Below, in pieces: positions 55,450-64,000 of a DNA stretch of 64,000 nt. The notes under the pieces were generated by a model, which saw only the letters and a list, made by a program, of their open reading frames with translations, made no database searches and was not told the origin of the DNA. Position 1 is the stretch's first letter. The number at the start of each line of letters is the position of its first letter. Both the position numbers and the translations under genes were made by a program. The stretch comes from the human T2T-CHM13v2.0 reference genome, Homo sapiens, in NCBI RefSeq assembly GCF_009914755.1, contig NC_060931.1. The stretch is one strand, 5' to 3'.

Positions 55450-55865
55450 AAAGGATGAGCGGATACACAAAATATGGTCTATCTGCACAATAGAATATTA
55501 TTCATCCTGAAAAGGGAAGGAGATTCAGTCACAGACTACAACACAGATGAACCGTGAGGACGTGAGGCTCAGAGAAATAAGCCAGGCACAGGAAGGACAT
55601 AGGTTGTATGAGCCCCCTTATATGGGGTCCCGAAAGTCATCGGATTCCTAGAGACAGAACGGGGAAGGGTGGCTGCCAGGGGCTACGGAGGGGGCCAGGA
55701 AGCTGCTGTTTAACGGGGGACACAGTTTCAGTTTGGGAAGAGCTGGATGGTGGTGATGGCCGCAAGATCACACGGACGGGCTTAACAGCACTCAACTCTG
55801 CGCTTCAAAGTGGTTCAGCGAGCTCATTTTATGTCACATGTATTTCACCACGATTTTTAAAAAAA
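55450..55865 (+). mobile_element. L1MB-type 3' end
   Basis: GAATATTATTCA...GATGGTGGTGATGG...ATTTCACCACGATTTT. Confidence 0.75.
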
Positions 55866-56739
55866 TCACATCAAGGACCATTCATGCATTAACAGAAGAC
55901 TGCTGGGGCCAGTGGAGCCACGGCCTGCCTATCTGATACCCAGGCAAGTAACATCCACACGGGTCCAAGCATTCCCTGGCCTTGAATTACGCTGAGTCCT
56001 GGTCACTGTTGCGCTCCTCAGGGCAGCCCTGGCCTGAGGCAGGGGTGTCATCTCTTTACAGATGCCTTGCTGGGGAGAGAACCGGAGTTTCCGCGAAAGC
56101 GCAGAAGTGGACACTTACGGAGAAATTCCTGTCCTCATATCAATTCCCGGCTCCCGGGATTTCCGGCACGCATTATGCACAGGCTGAGCGCTCAATAAAT
56201 GTGGAATGAACGATCGACTATTTTTCTCCCCTTTCTGGTAGGTTGGTAACCTTATACCTTCAAGACGAGTCATAAATATTAGGAGAAAATGTTTTGAACT
56301 ACAAATCAAAGGCTTTGAGAGCAGGCCAGGCAGAGAGAGGTCAGTTTGGTCCAAGACCAAGTTTGTGTGGGCAGCCCCGAAGCTCACAGCTGAGACCACT
56401 GTCCATGAACCTGGGTCCCCGTGACAGCCTCCAGCGGTGCTCAGAGCCCCCGAGGGACAGAAACACCCTCTCTGCCCCTATCTGCAGAGGGGGCTCAGCA
56501 GAAGGCCTGGTGGCCCCATCGGGCCTGGAGGGGCCTCCTGGGGGAGGTGGCTTTCAGGCCTGAGGCCGCTAGGACCTGCTCCGGGTTTCAGTCGGGAACC
56601 TGGGCCCTCTCCTGTGCCCCCGCCACCCCCTTTCTAGTACAGTCCCCGCGGGGGGCTGTCCTCTCCCATCTCCCAGCTCCACACCCACTTTTGGTGCGGC
56701 TGCCCTTCCTCCCTGAGCCAGGCCCCACCTTCCCAGGAG

Positions 56740-56812
56740 CCTCTGAGTCAGGCTGGGCTGTGGTCTGCAAACTTCCGGGCCTTTCAGGTGTCAGAAAAGT
56801 TTCTCTTCCTCC
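56740..56812. promoter_or_regulatory. Promoter-proximal intronic lymphocyte enhancer motif cluster with an ETS-IRF composite element (EICE)
   Basis: AP-1 TGAGTCA 56744-56750, RUNX TGTGGT 56759-56764, ETS ACTTCCGG 56771-56778, E-box CAGGTG 56785-56790, EICE GGAAGAGAAA (minus) 56800-56809. Confidence 0.65.
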
Positions 56813-57039
56813 CTCTGGGGCAGGTGCACCAAGGGGCTGCAGCCTCCTGACCCCCGATTTTTTCCTGTCCAGTAGGAGGAGGTGGGGGCTTTGCTGGGCG
56901 GTGATACTCAGAGACGCTCAAAGAGACACGGAGGAGAGGCACACGAGGTGGAAAGTGAGGGAGAAAAAGGGTTGGAAGGGAAAAAGGGGAGAGGAGAGTG
57001 AGAGAGAGAAGGGGGGCAGGGGGACAGAGATGGAGAGGG

Positions 57040-57630
57040 AAGGATACCCCCAGCATCGCGGGACCAGCGGGAGCCACTCCCATCCCCCGACGCCCCCCCC
57101 GCCACCGTGTCATCTCACTGATGCCCCCCATCTCCTCCCCGTGCCCTCTTCTCTTCCCCCAACTCCCCGCCTCGTGCTCCCCCTCCGCCAGCTCCCCCAT
57201 CCCCGCTGCGCCTACCTGGGGCGCTCATGCTCCGCCAGCCAGCTGCGCGGGGCGCCTCCTCCACGCAGGCCTCCGGCTTCCTCCAGGCGACCAGGCCCTC
57301 CGTCCCCCCGGGCCCGGAGCCGTCCTCCGAGGGGCGCCGCCCGCCCAGGGGCTGCAGGGCCGGGAGGGGGCTGCGGGCGGCGCGGGCAGGAGTCCGAAGG
57401 CCAGAGGAGGCAGGAGAGAAAAAAGGAGAGAAAGTATGTCATAGGCTGGGAGGGGCGGGGGAGGGAAATGCAAAACCCGACAGGAAATGAGACTAAAAAA
57501 TGCGAAAGGTTAGAAAAAGATAAGGAAGAGAGGGAGGGGGCGGAGTCGGTGCTTCGGGAGGAGGGCGGCAAGGAGGTGGGGGTGGGAGTGGGGACAGGGC
57601 CGGGGGTGGGGGTGCTTGGGGACAGATCAG
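57040..57630 (-). promoter_or_regulatory. CARD11: CpG island / TATA-less promoter
   Basis: High GC and CpG; GC boxes GGGGCGGGG (57452-57460) and GGGGCGGAG (57537-57545); octamer-like ATGCAAAA (57468-57475); ETS-like CAGGAAAT (57481-57488); G-runs at 57575-57620. Confidence 0.85.
57216..57440 (-). other. CARD11: Non-coding first exon (5' UTR) of CARD11; TSS approximate (about 57416-57495)
   Basis: GC-rich exon in a CpG island, with a pyrimidine-rich start region and 5' splice site CAG|GTAGGC (GT at 57215-57214). The exon end GGAGCATGAGCGCCCCAG matches my recollection of the CARD11 mRNA 5' UTR; not verified by search. Confidence 0.82.
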
Positions 57631-57820
57631 GGAGCCGGAGATGGGGAGACCAAGGCGAGTCTCAGGGCCCAGCCCACCTGCATCAGTCGGGGTGAGGCTG
57701 GACCAGTCTGGGCATCAGTCCCCACCCAGCCGTGACCCCCGGCAGAGTCCAGGTGGGGCCTTGGGAGGGGCTCTCTCCCTTCTAGGTTCTCCAGGGCACT
57801 GGCTCCCGAGATCTAGCTGA

Positions 57821-58885
<1,065 letters not shown>

Positions 58886-59340
58886 AAAAATCTGGATGAG
58901 CCATGCCTACCCAGAAAACCTTAGTTTCTATTCTCTTGCTGCAATTGCACTGCCTCCTGCACCGCCCGCCCCCCCGTTGCCCCAGCCTCTGCACCTCTCA
59001 TTCTACTCTGCCTCAGTTTACCATTCTCCTCTCATCTATCTCCCTCTCTTTTGATCCCCTCATTATGGCTAGAGAATGTAGGCTTCTGTTTCATGTTTTA
59101 AGTGTTCTGAGAAAAGTTCCTCGAGCTGCTAGAAGGAAAGGCCTTCAATAAATTAAATTTTCAGCAAGACAATAAATAAAAAATGGGACATTGGTCCAAG
59201 CACGGAAGAATCTGAAATACCAGTGAGGAGTCTGTTTGCACTGATGCACATGTGCTAGGGATGAAGGAAGACACGAGTTTGCTTCCTGTAAAGCGTGTTC
59301 AGAAATGCAAGCAAGGGCCGTAAAGAAAGTTTCTAAAATG

Positions 59341-60095
<755 letters not shown>

Positions 60096-60527
60096 TGTCA
60101 TTTTAAAGAAGAGCTCAGATTTCCCTCCTGCAAGATACGAAATGAGGGCAATGCCTTAAAACAATGAAACATGTCTGTAGAGATATGTATGCAGTAAAGT
60201 ACACAAATGCTGCAAAGTCCCATGAATTTTTGCAGCAACTTGGATGGAACTGGAGGCCATTATCCCAAGTGCGAGTGTAACCCACACCCGCACTTCATTC
60301 TATCAAAACATGGAACTTTATCTGCACCCCAGAAACCCCCTTGTGTCTCGTTTCAGTCACTCCGCCACCAAGGGTAGCCACATTCCTGCCTCTGACAGCA
60401 TCAGTCAGTTTGCCTGTTTGTGAACTGCATGTAAACGGCAGCATGCATGCGTTCTTTCGGCAGCCTGGTCCCTTTCACTCAGCGTTATGTTTCTGACTTT
60501 TATAGATGGGACTGCATGCGGGTCTAG

Positions 60528-60985
<458 letters not shown>

Positions 60986-61136
60986 CCTCCTGTCCTTTTT
61001 TTTGGGTGTATTTCAAAGTAAGTTGCAGACATCATCAGTACACGTCACTGTTAAACACTCCATCATGCATGCCATTCACTAGAGAGGTTTGTTTAGGTGA
61101 AATTTACAAACAGATTTTAACCATATGATGCAGTGA

Positions 61137-61312
61137 AGCTGGGGATGGTGGCAGGTGCTTGTAGTCTCAGCTACTCCAGAGGCTGAGGTGGGAAGATTGC
61201 TTGAGCCCAAGAGTTCGAGGCTGCAGTGAGCTGTGATTGCACTACTGCACTCCAGCCTGGGGGACAGAGCAAGACCCCACCTCAAATACATACATACATA
61301 CATACATACATA
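61137..61312 (+). mobile_element. FRAM/Alu right monomer with (TACA)n tail
   Basis: Monomer. Confidence 0.82.
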
Positions 61313-61394
61313 AATGATTTAAAAACTATATGATGCAATGAGTTTTGACAAATGTACATATTGTGTAAGCCAAGCCCTTATGAGGACATAGAAC

Positions 61395-62190
<796 letters not shown>

Positions 62191-62329
62191 ATTATATAGA
62201 ACACAACTATCACCCCACTGAGTTCCCTCATGCCTAGATACACCATTTTGTATCTTGATTCCTCTGTGATCCCAGAGAGAAGTTGATTCCAAAGTCCTTG
62301 AATCATAGACACAAAGATGGGAACAACCT

Positions 62330-62620
62330 GCTGGGCACGGTGGCTCAGGCCTGTGATCTCAGCACTTTGGGAGGCCAAGGCGGACAGATCACTTGAGATT
62401 AGGAGTTCGAGACCAGCTTGGGCAACATAGGGAGACCCTGACTCTACCAAAAATACAAGAAAATTAGGTGGACATGGCGGCGGGTGCCTGTAGTCCCAGC
62501 TGCTCGGGAGGCTGAGGTGGGAGGACTTCTTGAGCCCAGGAGTTCAGGGCTGCAGTGAACCATGATCACACCACTGCACTCCAGCCTGAGTGACACAGTG
62601 AGACCCTGTCTCTAAAAAAA
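62330..62620 (+). mobile_element. AluJ
   Basis: Dimer. Confidence 0.9.
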
Positions 62621-63169
62621 AGATAGCAAACTAAACACAAAATTTACCTGCCAAGAACAGTGGGGGATAGGTTATAAAAAGGTGCCTGGAAAGAATGCAG
62701 GTAAGAGGTGAGAAGCATTTCTGGGAGGCAGACGGCAGTGGACAGGAGCCCCGGCTCAGAGCCTGGAGCAGGGAGTCAGCAGCAGAGCTGAGAGTGACTC
62801 TCCTACTGTAGAACCCCTCAGATCTGTCAGGATTGAACTGAAGGCAGTCTCAGAGGAAGGGCAGACACCGAGTGACTGATGGGAGCATCATCTGTAGGAC
62901 TGCTGGGGCAGGTACGGCTGCCCCACTTCCCTCCCCCAACCCTCCACTGTGCCACTTTAGCTTCCCCCCTAGGCCGAAGCCAGAGAGATCTTTCCAGTGA
63001 AAACTCTTGGTTTGATGGGTACAGACATGCAGTTAAATAGAAGGTACAAGTTCTAATGCTGGACAGCAGAGTAGGGCGATTGTAGCTAGCAACAATGTAT
63101 TGTATATTTCAAATTAGCTAGAAGAGAGGACTTGAATTATTCCCAACATGGAGAAATGATAAATACTCA

Positions 63170-63789
<620 letters not shown>

Positions 63790-64000
63790 TCACACACATA
63801 CCATAAATATATAAAATATTATGTATCAATTTTTGAAAAGCTGCTCAGAGGGGCAAATGCTCTTAGAATGGGGGCATGGGCCCCAAAAGCCCTTCCTCAT
63901 GTCATAACAGGGGGGCGGCTGGGGTAGCCTCTCCCTGCCTGGGTTCCCAAAAGCAGGGCTTCTGGAACCATCTGCAGCGAAAGACACCCCCAACCCCTCC

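Noticed and set aside
56421-57695. 424-aa + strand ORF over the CpG island
   Set aside because: Low-complexity Pro/Arg/Gly translation expected from stop-poor GC-rich DNA; non-ATG start; antisense to the promoter exon.

Overview
Human (primate) genomic DNA, very rich in Alu, L1 and LTR repeats, with no conventional protein-coding exon. A CpG-island promoter and a non-coding first exon lie on the minus strand at about 57.2-57.5 kb, ending ...GGAGCATGAGCGCCCCAG|gtaggc. From memory this matches the 5' UTR of CARD11 (7p22.2), which I could not verify here. If so, positions 1-57215 are the proximal part of its large intron 1 and about 57.5-64 kb is upstream. The window also holds roughly 60 Alu-family copies, old and young L1 fragments, MaLR, MER41 and other ERV1 solo LTRs, DNA transposons (MER6, MADE1, Tigger4, MER53, MER5), a CR1/L3 reverse-transcriptase relic and a tailless 7SK retrocopy. 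The most notable observations: (i) the exon-1 upstream AUG could splice in frame to a cryptic intronic terminal exon, giving a 154-aa ORF that ends at a poly(A) signal; (ii) at least six short, non-tandem local duplications (44-240 bp, 0.3-3 kb from their source) that look like templated repair or template-switch scars; (iii) an L1-Alu-L1 array sharing four copies of one 15-bp TSD; (iv) lymphocyte-type motif clusters (EICE/AP-1/RUNX/ETS, tandem GAS, kB-like). Repeat subfamily names and boundaries are by eye and approximate.
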